A DNA stretch of 62,041 nucleotides, counting the filler, from Chiloscyllium plagiosum (taxonomy: Eukaryota), in NCBI RefSeq assembly GCF_004010195.1. It is 4 parts of one record of this genome, joined end to end, with 100 filler letters (N's around TTAATTAATTAA, not from the genome) between each part and the next. Parts side by side here need not be neighbours in the genome. Positions count along the whole stretch, not along the records: positions 40,165 to 59,149 come from NC_057713.1; positions 59,250 to 62,041 come from NC_057713.1; 2 more parts are not named here. One strand, written 5' to 3'. Positions within the stretch are counted from its first letter, which is position 1. Every line of letters starts with the position of its first letter. The notes beneath the pieces were generated by a model, which saw nothing but the letters and a program-made list of their open reading frames with translations, was not told the DNA's origin and did no database searches. Shown piece by piece: positions 49,250 through 59,628 of this stretch. The translations under genes were made by a program, and so were the position numbers.

Positions 49250-52016
49250 AGGTAGCAAAGATGATTCTCAATAGGAATGAGAGTAACAGGTTAGTTGTTA
49301 TGGGGGCTTTAACCTCCCCAATATTGACTGGGAATACTACAGTTCAAGTAGTTTAGATGGGTCAGTTTTTGTTCAATGTATGCAGGTGGGTTTTCTGACA
49401 CAGTATGCAGACAGGCCAAAAAGGGGAGATGCCATATTTGATTTGGTACTGGGGAATGAACCCGGCCAGGCATTAGATTTGGAGGTAGGTGAGCACTTTG
49501 GCGATAGTGACCATAATTCAGTTATGTTTACAATAGCAATGGGCAGGGATAAGTATATACCACAGGGAAAGAGGTATAACTGGGGGAAAGGCAATTATAA
49601 TTGCATCATTGGGCGGCACGGTGGCACAGTGGTTAGCACTGCTGCCTCACAGCGCCAGAGACCCGGGTTCAATTCCCGCCTCAGGCGACTGACTGTGTGG
49701 AGTTTGCACGTTCTCCCCGTGTCTGCGTGGGTTTCCTCCGGGTGCTCCGGTTTCCTCCCACAGTCCAAAGATGTGCAGGGTCAGGTGAATTGGCCATACT
49801 AAATTGCCCGTAGTGTTAGATAAGGGGTAAATGTAGGGGTATGGGTGGGTTTCGCTTCGGCGGGTCGGTGTGGACTTGTTGGGTCGAAGGGCCTGTTTCC
49901 ACACTGTAATCTAATCTAATCTAATCTGTAGGCAAGATTTAGGATGCATAGGATAGGGAAGGAAACTGCGGGGAATGGACACACTTGAAATGTGGAGCTT
50001 ATCAAGAAATAACCACTGTGGGTCCTTGATAAGTATATACCTCTCAGCCAGGGAGGTATTTGTCAATGGAGCCATGGTTTACTAAAGAAGTTGAAACACT
50101 TGTCAAGAGGAAGAAGAAGGCTTATGTAAGGATGAGGCATGAAGACTCCATTAGGGGGCTGGGGTTAGCCAGAAAAGATCTAAAGAGAGGGCTAAGAAGA
50201 GCCAGGAGGGGACATGAGAAGTTGCTGGCGGATAGGGTCAAGGAAAGCCCTAAGGCCTTCTATAAGTATATCGGGAATAAAAGAATGACGAGAGTAAGAT
50301 TAAGGCCAAAGACAGCAATGGGAAGTTGCGTATGGAATCTGAGGACATAGGAGAAGCAATTAGTGAATATTTTTAGTCAGTATTCACATTGGAAAAGGGC
50401 GATGTTAGTGAGAATACGGAGGTACAGGCTACAAGATGAGATGGGATTGAGGTTGACAAAGAGGAGGTTTTAGCAATGTTGGAAGATCTGAAAATAGATA
50501 AGACCCCTGGGCCGGATGGGATTTATCCTTGGGTTCTCTGGGAAGCCAGGGAGGAGATTGCAGAACCTTTGGCTTTGATCTTTATGTCATCATTGTTGTC
50601 AGGAGTAGTGCCAGAAGACTGGAGGATAGTAAATGTTGTTCCTTTGTTTGAGAAGGGGAGTCAGGACAGCCCTGGTAATTATAGGCCAGTGAGCCTTAGT
50701 TTGGTTGTGGGTAAGGTGCTGGAAAGGATTCTAAAAGATAGGATTTGTAATCATCTGGAAATTAATAATTTGATTAGGGATGGTCAACACGGTTTTGTGA
50801 AGGGTAGGTTGTGCCTCTCTAACCATATTGAGTTCTTTGAGAAGGTGACAGAAGGTAAAAATAGTTGATGTGGTGTATGTGGACTTCAGTCAGGCATTTG
50901 ATAAGGTTCCATATGGCGGGCTATTGCAGATAATTTGGAGTTTTTGGGTTTGAAGGTGATTTAGTGGTTTGGATCAGAAATTGATTATCTGAAAGAAGAC
51001 AGAGGGTGGTGGGTGATGGTGAATGTTCATCCTGGAGCTCAGTTACCAGTGGTGTACCGCAAGGATCTATTTTGGGTCCACTGCTGTTTGTTATTTTTAT
51101 AAATGATCTGGATGTGGGTGTAGGAGGATGGGTTAGTAAATTTACAGATGACACTAAGGTAGGCAGAGCTGCGGATAGTACCAAAGAATGTTGCAGGTTA
51201 CAGAGGGACATATATAAGATGCAGAGCTGGGCTGAGAAATGGCAATGGAGTTTAATGCAGAAAAGTGTGAGGTAGTTCACTTTGGAAGAAATAACAGGAA
51301 TGTAGAGTACTGGGCTAATGGTAAAATTCTTGGCAGTGTAGATGAACAGAAAGATCTCGGTGTCCAGGCGAATAAATCCCTGAAAGTTGCTACCCAGGTT
51401 GATAGGGTTGTTAAGAAGGTATATGGTGTGTTGGCATTTATTGATAGTGGGATTGAGTTTTGGAGCCATGAGGTCATGCTGCAGCTGTACAAGACACTGG
51501 TAAGGCCGCACGTGGAGTATTGCATGTAGTTCTGGTCACTGCATTATAGGAAGGAAGTGGAAGCTTTGGAAAGGGTTCAGAGGAGATTTACAAGGATGCT
51601 GCCTGGTATGGAGAGAAGGTCTTACGAGGAAAGGCAGAATGAACTGAGGCTGTTTTCGTTGGAGTGAAGAAGGTTGAAAGGTGACTTAATCGAGATGTAT
51701 AAGACGATCAGAGGGTTAGATTGGATGGACAGTGAGAGCCATTTTCCTCAGATGGTGATGGCTAGCACAAGGGGACATAGCTTTAAATTGAGGGATGATA
51801 GATTTAGGACAGATGTCAGAGGTAGTTTCTTTACTCAGAGAGCAGGAGGGGCGTGGAACGGCCTGCCTGAAACAGTAGTAGACTCGCCGACGTTAAGGGC
51901 ATTGGACATATCTATGGATAATGATGGGGCGTGGTAAGTTAGATGGGCATCAGATTAATTTCACAGGTCGGCGCAACATCGTGGGCCAACCTGTACTGTG
52001 CTGTAATGTTCTATGT
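49250..52016 (+). mobile_element. Long CR1 LINE ORF2 remnant (APE C-terminus, RT, tail)
   Basis: AIFDLVLGN, SDHN, PGPDGIYP, NYRPVSL, GVPQGSILGPLLFVIFINDLD, KFTDDTK, WNGLP; multiple stops and frameshifts. Confidence 0.95.
49611..49927 (+). mobile_element. Full-length young HE1-type V-SINE nested in CR1
   Basis: GGGCGGCACGGTGGCACAGTGG head, B box GGTTCAATTCC, intact CpG-rich V-domain, (TAATC)n tail. Confidence 0.96.
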
Positions 52017-52254
52017 TACAGACACCTTCCTTTAGTGGTGTCCCACAAAGCGGTCACCCAGTCTCTGTTGGAATCACCAAGGGAATAGCACTGTGAGCAG
52101 CCTTCCTTCAGTACAGCAGGCTGAAGGAAGGTCGAGTGTGGTGGAGGCAGGTTCAATTGACACATTGACAAAGGGCATTTGGTGTTATAAAAGTATATAA
52201 GGAGGATAAAAGCAGGAAAGTATTGCTGCTGCTGTACAAGACATTGGTGAGACT

Positions 52255-52706
52255 GTGAAAGTGAGGACTGCAGATGTTGAAGATCAGTCAAGATTAGAGT
52301 GGTGCTGGAAAAACACAGCAGGTCAGGCAGCATCCGAGGAGCAGGAAAATCGATGTTTCGGGTAAGAGCCTCGGGACAGGAGAGATAAATGGGAGGGGAG
52401 GTGGGTCGAGGGGGATGGTAGCTGAGAGTGCAATACATGGATGGAAGTGGGTGTGCAGGTGATAGGTCGGAGAAAAGGGTGGAGCAGATAGGTGGGAAGG
52501 AAGATTGACAGCTGGGACAGGACATGAGGACGGTGCAGAGCTGGAATTATGGAACTGGGGTAAGGTGGAGGGAGGGGAAATGAGGAGACTGGTGAAGTCC
52601 ACATTGATGCCATGGGGTTGAAGGGTTCCAAGGTGGAAGATGAGGTGTTCTTCCTCCAGACGTCAGGTGGTAAGGGAGTGGCGATGGAGGAGGCCCAGGA
52701 CCTGCA
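52255..52706 (-). mobile_element. Neptune-type Penelope 3' fragment nested in a plus-strand CR1 (about 52170-53250)
   Basis: LEEEHLIFHLGTLQPHGINVDF endonuclease C-terminus, 3' UTR and pLTR end. Confidence 0.85.
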
Positions 52707-55011
52707 TCAGATGTATTTATACAGTTTTGGTCCCCTTACTTGCTGAGGGATGTAACTGCATTGGAGGCAGTTCAGGGAAGGTTAAATAGATTAATTCCAG
52801 AGATGAAAGTATTGTCTTATGAAGAAAGATTGAATAGCTTTGGCCCATACTAATAGAGTTTAGAAGAATGAAAGGAGATCAAATTGAGGTTTATAAGATG
52901 TGAAAGGGGATTGACAAAGTTGCCTCATGTAGAGTAATCCAGAAGGAGAGATCTTACTTTAGTGTGGGGGAGATGCGTACTTAAACAGAGATGGGGAGGG
53001 ATTGCTTCTCTCACAGGGACATGACTCTGTGGGATTCACACCCCCAGAGTGCAGAGGATACTCGGACACTGAGCAACTTTAAGAAGGAGACAGGCGTCTC
53101 CTTTTAATCAGTAACGGGTTAAAGGGTTCTGGGGAGAAGGCAGGAAAGGGGAGTTGAGGTTGTGGTGAGGTCGGCCATGATCGTATTAAATGGTGAAGCA
53201 GGCTCGAGGGACTGAATGGCCTATTCCTGCTCCTAGTTCTGATGTTCATCTTCTGTGTCTTTATTTGTCCCATTACTATTCTTATTTCACTTCACACCAT
53301 TATCCCTTTCTCTCATTTAATGTGGGGGTCGAGAGTGTGGCAATGGAAAAGCACAGCAGGTCAGGCAGCATCCGATGAGCAGGAGAATCAACGTTTCGGG
53401 CATAAGCCCTTCATCAGATGATCCCTCTCCTTTAATGTGTGCCACACTTCCACTGCACAATCCTTTGCTCCTTCCTCTATTGTTTACTTTTTCCTCTGAA
53501 CTCACTTACAACCAGTTACACCCCATTCTACTAACTTTATTATCTGGAAATATTAGCTCTGTTTCTCTCAGACGTGGCTTAACTTGCCGAGCAGTTCCTG
53601 CACAGGGCCACCCTGACAATCCTTCAGTTTTGAAGAGGAGACTGGGTTCAGAAAGTTAATTCTGTTTTTCTCTCCAGACCTGCTGAGTTGGCATCATAGA
53701 ATCCTACGTGTGGAAGCACCTGGTCAATTCACCCGACCTGCACATTTTTGGACCGTGGGAAGAAACTGGAGCACCCGGAGGAAACCCAAGCAGACACGGG
53801 GAGAATGTGCAAACTCCGTTCAGTCGCCGAGGGTGGAATTGAACCCGGGTCCCTGTCCCTGTGAGGCAGCACTGCTAACCACTGAGCCAACCACGTTCTC
53901 TGACTTTGTTTCAGATTTCCAGCATCTGCAGTATTTCACTTTGATTCGAGTTCCCTCTGGTGTCCAGGTTAATATTTGTCCGTAACTTGATGGTGCAAAC
54001 AGAGATTAGCTGAGAGCTTCCTATGCACAAATCCGAGTCTTCCACAGGATGACAGCAGCTACACTACAAAAGTATTTCTTTGGATGTAAACAATGGTGGA
54101 ACACCCTGTGGCCAGGTAGAAAGAAAAGAAAAAAATACAGCGCTTTACCGGCCCTTCGGCCCTCGATGTTGCGCCGATCCAAGCCCACCTAACCTACACT
54201 AGCCCACTATGCCCGTTTAAATGCCCATAAAGAGGGAGAGTCCACCACTGCTACTGGCAGGGCATTCCATGAAAGGGCAGGTGCTATATAAATGGAAAGT
54301 TTAACTTTAATGATTATTTGTACGTTCCTGAGATGTCTTCCTTGCAAATGTTATATTCCCAGGAGGTGGAGAAATAAGACAATGTGCAAGCTGCAGATTG
54401 AGATTGTGCGTTATTGTTCCTTGTTCCTGACTATATCAATTCAGCCCAAGTGACAGAACACTGTTACTTTGTGCGGAACTCCTGGCTTTTGTCACGCATT
54501 GCCCAACTGAGTTGGCTGAGCAGGTCGAATGATTTATGGCCTGCAATGTACCGGAGCTGCAAACTTTGCTTTTGTGTTTGATTTATTTAATTATCCGTTT
54601 GAATATTATCTATATTTTGATAAGGCATACTTTCCTCGGAGTTTGCCGAAGCTTCTCTGGCTATAAATTGGTCTGTCACTTCCTGATCACCTGACCTGGG
54701 TTTTGCTTTAAATGAGTGAGTTGCATTCCTCCAAAGAGTGTGAAGATCATCATGCCCTTTTCGAGACCGGCAGCTCCTGTTTCGTTTTTCCTTTTTCTTT
54801 AACATTGCAATGGCATCTTGGCCAGGCCAGTATTTATTGCCCATGCCTATATTCCCAGAGGGCAGTTTAGAGTTATCCCACATTGCTGTGGGTTTATCAC
54901 CTGCTGACTAGACTGGTTAAAGACAGTTTAGAGGGAACCAGATGGGGGTTGTTTTTTTACAAAAATGAGCAGGTGTTACATGGTAGGAGTGAATTACTGC
55001 TGGAATCTGAA

Positions 55012-55673
55012 CAGATGTAATAACCTTTGAAAACTAGGCTAATGCTTTGGAGACAAGGGGTTAAGTCCCACTGTGGCAGAGAGTGAAATGTTGAGTTCAA
55101 TAAAAGTCTGCCCCAAATGGTGACCGTATAACCACTAGGAGAAAGTGAGGATTGCAGATGCTGGAGATCAGAGCTGAAAAGTGTGTTGCTGGAAAAGCGC
55201 AGCAGGTCAGGCAGCATCCAAGGAGCAGGAGAATCGACGTTTCGGGCATAAGCCCTTCTTCAGGAATGAGGCCTCATTCCTGAAGAAGGGCTTATGCCCG
55301 AAACGTCGATTCTCCTGCTCCTTGGATGCTGCCTGACCTGCTGCGCTTTTCCAGCAACACATTTTTGAACCATATAACCGCTGAAAACAACAAATGCTGG
55401 AGATGACTGTGGGTCAGGCAGCATCCATGGAGAGAGAGAGCAAGCTGACATTTCCAGTCCAGATGACTCTTCATAAGAGCTCTGTTAGCTTGCTCTCTCT
55501 CCACAGATGCTACCTGATCCACTGTGATCTCCAGCATTTGTTGTTTTCAGTGGTTATACGGTCACCATTTGGGGCAGACTTTTATTGAACTCAAAATTTC
55601 ACTCTCTGCCACAGTGGGACTTAACCCCTTGTCTCCAAAGCATTAGCCTAGTTTTCAAGGGTTATTACATTTG
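55012..55673. repeat. Nested inverted repeat: 125-bp outer arms around PLE foldback inserts
   Basis: 55012-55136 versus the reverse complement of 55549-55673, 3 mismatches. Confidence 0.93.
55137..55368. mobile_element. PLE foldback insert (family A): spacerless palindrome with 14-bp TSD
   Basis: Symmetry centre 55271/55272 (AATGAGG|CCTCATT); ACCGTATAACCACT 55123-55136 versus ACCATATAACCGCT 55369-55382. Confidence 0.92.
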
Positions 55674-55944
55674 GATCTACCTACAACTAACTCCTTTTGC
55701 TCAAACAAAATTATATCAATCTGAACTGGGTTTGTCAATTATTTTCCTGGTTTTATCAATGATCATCTGATGCTGCCTGAATTGCTGTGCTCTTCCAGCA
55801 CCACTGATCCAGAATCTGGTTTCCAGCATCTGCAGTCATTGTCTTTACCTCCATCATCTGTTTGTGTCCATTCAGCATCGAACATCCCACCACTCCCACA
55901 CCACTCTGCCACCAAACCCCAACCCATTTCAAATTCTCACTATA

Positions 55945-56220
55945 GTGTGGAAGCTGACCCACATCAGCCCTGTGAAGAGCATCCCACCTCCCCTCCCCAT
56001 CAACCCTGCATTCCCCATAGCTAATCCACATAGCCTGCACATCCCTGGGCACTATGACCAATCCACCCTAACCTGCATAGCTTTGAAATGTGGGAGCAAA
56101 CCCACTCAGACACGGGGAGAATGTGCAAACTCCACACAGACAGTCACCTGATGGTGGCATTGAACCTGGGGTCCTGGCGCTGTGAGGCAGCGTGGTGCTA
56201 GCCACTGAGCCACCATGCTG
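55945..56220 (-). mobile_element. HE1-type V-SINE, diverged (another partial copy at about 53693-53890)
   Basis: CAGACACGGGGAGAATGTGCAAACTCCACACAGAC and head remnant. Confidence 0.82.
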
Positions 56221-56564
56221 CTCCTTGGTTTGGTGTCACCTGCAGACTTTACAAATCGAGGATTCGGATCCAAAGTCCAAATTGTTGATGTCATCATAGA
56301 CAACAGTACTCCTCACACAGTGATCCTCACGGAACATCATATCCCACATTCCTCCTTATGAAATAGCCCCTCACTCCCACTCTCTGCCTCGTCTTTTGAA
56401 GTTAGATAATGACCTGTTCCGTCCCCTGACTCAACATTCTCTGCCTGTGCTCATGACTCCATTAGGAGGCATTTAATTGGAGTCCTATTGAAAATCCAGA
56501 CTAAGTACATCCACTACATTACCAATATCTATTTGCTCTGCTACATCCTGAAAAAAAGTTCAAT

Positions 56565-56992
56565 CATAGAACATAGAACATAGAAGAATACAGCGCAGTA
56601 CAGGCCCTTCGGCCCTCGATGTTGCGCCGATCCAAGCCCACCTAACCTACACTAGCCCACTATCCTCCATATGCCTATCCAATGCCCGCATAAATGCCCA
56701 TAATGAGGGAGAGTCCAACACTGTGTCCCCTTGTAATAGCTGACTCCATACGAGGAAAAAGATTCTCACTGTCGACGCTATCTAAACCCCTAATCATCTT
56801 ATACACCTCTATGAAGTCACCCCTAAACCTTCTTTTCTCCAATGAAAACAACCCCAAGTGCCTCAGCCTTTCCTCATACGATCTTTCTACCATACCAGGC
56901 AACATCCTGGTAAACCTCCTCTGCACCCTTTCCAGTGCTTCCACATTCTTCCTATAATATGGCGACCAAAACTGCACACAATACTCCAGATG
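56565..56992 (-). mobile_element. CR1 LINE 3' end with internal deletion (shorter sister copy at about 54120-54272)
   Basis: QFWSPYYRKNVEALERVQRRFTRMLPG; the tail is near identical to 54141-54210. Confidence 0.9.
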
Positions 56993-57334
56993 GTTAAGTG
57001 AGATCTTCCCATTGGGAATCTACGGTGCCTCTTCATCTTTATATTTTATAATTGCTAGGCGTCTATTTGATTTTTTAAATCAATCCATGGGACAAAGGCC
57101 ACACTGAGAAAGCTGGTCTTTGCTGCCCATCCCTCTTTATCATTGAAATGAGTGGCTTGCTAGGCCATTTCAGGGCTTTCCCTTGCCTCTGAGTTAAAGC
57201 TGACTGGAGCTTTCGCGCGAAACGTCAACGCTCCTGCTCCTCGGACGCTGCCTGACCTGCTGTGCTTTTCCAGCGCCACACTTTTTGACTCCGAACCTGT
57301 TGGCACGTGTGAAAAGTTTTTGTACCTTCTGCCT

Positions 57335-57998
57335 GATGGATAGGGTAGTGACGGCAGCGTTTGGTATGCTTTCCTTTATTGGTCAGAGTATTGAGTACAG
57401 GAGTTGGGAGGTCATGTTGCGGCTGTACAGGACATTGGTTAGGCCACTGTTGGAATATTGTGTGCAATTCTGGTCTCCTCCGTATTGGAAAGATGTTGTA
57501 AAACTTGAAAGGGTTCAGAAATGATTTACAAGGATGTTGCCAGGGTTGGAGGATCTGAGCTACAGGGAGAGGCTGAACAGGCTGGGGCTGTTTTCCCTGG
57601 AGCGTCGGAGGCTGAAGGGTGATCTTATAGAGGTTTATAAAATCTTGAGGGGCATGGATAGGGTAAATAGATGAGGTCTTTTACCTGGGGTGGATAAGTC
57701 CAGAACTAGAGGGCATAGGTTTAGGGTGAGAGGGGAAAGATACAAAAGAGACCTGAGGGGCAACATTTTCATGCAGAGGGTGGTGTGTGCATGGAATGTG
57801 CTGCCAGAGGAAGTGGTGGAGGCTGGTACAATTACGGCATTTAAAATGCTGTAATTGGGTCTCTAAATAGGAAGGGTTTGGAGGGATGTGGGTCGGGTGC
57901 TGGCAGGTGGGACTAGATTGGGTTAGGATATCTGGTTGGTACGGACGAGTTGGACTGAAGGGTCTGTTTCCGTGCTGTACATCTCTATGACTCTATGA
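57335..57998 (+). mobile_element. HER1/CR1 LINE 3' end
   Basis: [41 protein letters not shown]; tail (CTCTATGA)n. Confidence 0.94.
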
Positions 57999-58104
57999 TT
58001 CTGAGAGATTATAATCGGGGTGGGAGGGATCGTTGATGATTTTGATTGCTTTTCTGAGGCACTGAGACATAGATGGAGTCAATGGGTGGGAGGTTGGCTT
58101 ATAT

Positions 58105-58645
58105 GAAATGTTTGGATCTCCTTGTCTCGGAAGGATGACTCAGCACTGGAGGGAGTGCAGAGGAGGTTCTCTCGGTTGGTTCCGGAGTTGGGAGTCTTAT
58201 GGGGAGGGACTGAGTAGACTAGGACTATACTGACTGGAACTTAGCTCAATGAGGGGGAATCTTATCGAAACATATAAAACGATGAAGGGCATGGATAAGA
58301 TAGATGCAGGGAGATTGTTTCCACTGGTGGGTGAAACTAGAACGAGGGGGCATTGCCTCAAAATAAGAGGGAGCAGGTTTAGGGCTGAGTTGAGGAGGAA
58401 CTTCTTCACCCGGGGGTTGTGAATCTGTGGAATTCCCTGCCCAGGGAAGTAGTTGAAGCTCCCTCGTTGAATGTTTTTAAGGCAAAGCTCGATAGATTTT
58501 TGAATTGTAATGGAATTAAGGGATACGGTGAGTGGGCGGGTAAGTGGAGCTGAGCCCATGAAAAGATCAACCTTGATCTTGTGGATGGTGGGGCAGGCTC
58601 GATGGGCTGAATGACCTACTCCTGCTCCTCCATTTTATGTTCTTA
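58105..58645 (+). mobile_element. CR1 LINE 3' end
   Basis: RGNLIETYK..FRAELRRNFFT..WNSLP; tail. Confidence 0.85.
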
Positions 58646-58709
58646 CCAGCCCGTTCGAGACTCCTTAGTTGATCTGATAACGTGACTGAAATCGGGCTGG
58701 CATTTGTAT

Positions 58710-59149
58710 GCTGAAAATGTGTTGCTGGAAAAGCGCAGCAGGTCAGGCAGCATCCAGGGAACAGGAGAATCGACGTTTCGGGCATAAGCCCTTCTTCAGG
58801 AATGAGGAAAGTTTGTCCAGCAGGCGAAGATAAAAGGTAGGGAGGAGAGACTTGGGGGAGGGCCGTCGGAAATGTGATAGGTGGAAGGAGGTCAAGGTGA
58901 GGGTGATAGGTCAGACTGGGGTGGGGGCGGAGAGGTCAGGAAGAAGATTGCAGGTTAGGAAGGCGGTGCTGAATTCGATGGATTTGACTGAGACAAGGTG
59001 GGGGGAGGGGAAATGAGGAAACTGGTGAAATCCGAGTTCATCCCTTGTGGTTGGAGGGTTCCTAGGCGCAAGATGAGGCGCTCTTCCTCCAACCATCGTT
59101 TTGTTGTGGTCTGGCGATGGAGGAGTCCAAAAACCTGCATATCCTTGGT
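58710..59149 (-). mobile_element. Neptune-type Penelope 3' region (EN end, UTR, pLTR with hammerhead at 58772-58799)
   Basis: MQVFGLLHRQTTTKRWLEEERLIFRLG-like TLQPQGMNSDF; an inverted pLTR end follows the gap at 59250-59322. Confidence 0.88.
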
Positions 59150-59249
59150 NNNNNNNNNNNNNNNNNNNNNNNNNNNNNNNNNNNNNNNNNNNNTTAATTA
59201 ATTAANNNNNNNNNNNNNNNNNNNNNNNNNNNNNNNNNNNNNNNNNNNN
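59150..59249. other. Artificial scaffold linker N44-TTAATTAATTAA-N44
   Basis: Core at 59194-59205. Confidence 0.97.
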
Positions 59250-59322
59250 CCTGACCTGCTGTGCTGTTCCAGCAATAAAGTTTCAACTTTGATCTCCAGC
59301 ATCTGCAGACCTCACTTTCTCC

Positions 59323-59628
59323 CCAGAGAACAGCCAGGGAATTCCTAGAGGCATGGCATTCATCCACAAACTCCATCAACAAACACATCGACCTGGACCC
59401 AATATACCAACCACTATAGCGGACAGCTGAAACTGACAACCGGAAGCGGCAGGGACAGACCACTATAAACACCGGAGGAAACATCAAAGAAGCGCTTCAC
59501 AGGAGGCTCCCAAGCACTGATGATGTCGCCTAGCCAGGGGACGAAACGTTTGCAACAAAAACTTCCAGCTCGGCGAACAGAACCACAACAACGAGCACCC
59601 GAGCTACAAATCTTCGCACAAACTTTGA
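59323..59628 (+). mobile_element. Poseidon-type Penelope 3' end and pLTR
   Basis: RTAREFLEAWHSSTNSINKHIDLDPIYQPL (GIY-YIG C-terminus), then a terminal repeat matching 39594-39742. Confidence 0.86.
59514..59553 (+). ncRNA. Minimal type I hammerhead ribozyme motif (Poseidon pLTR)
   Basis: GCA-CTGATGA-T-GTCGCCT(AGCC)AGGGGAC-GAAA-C-GTT-TGC; sister copy on the minus strand at 39662-39701. Confidence 0.78.

Noticed and set aside
49611..49682. tRNA gene
   Set aside because: The A/B boxes are the tRNA-derived head of an HE1 SINE and continue into the V-domain and LINE tail.
39594..59628. The two Poseidon fragments as ends of one 20-kb element
   Set aside because: No matching target duplication at the outer flanks, and unrelated old repeats and two gaps lie between them.
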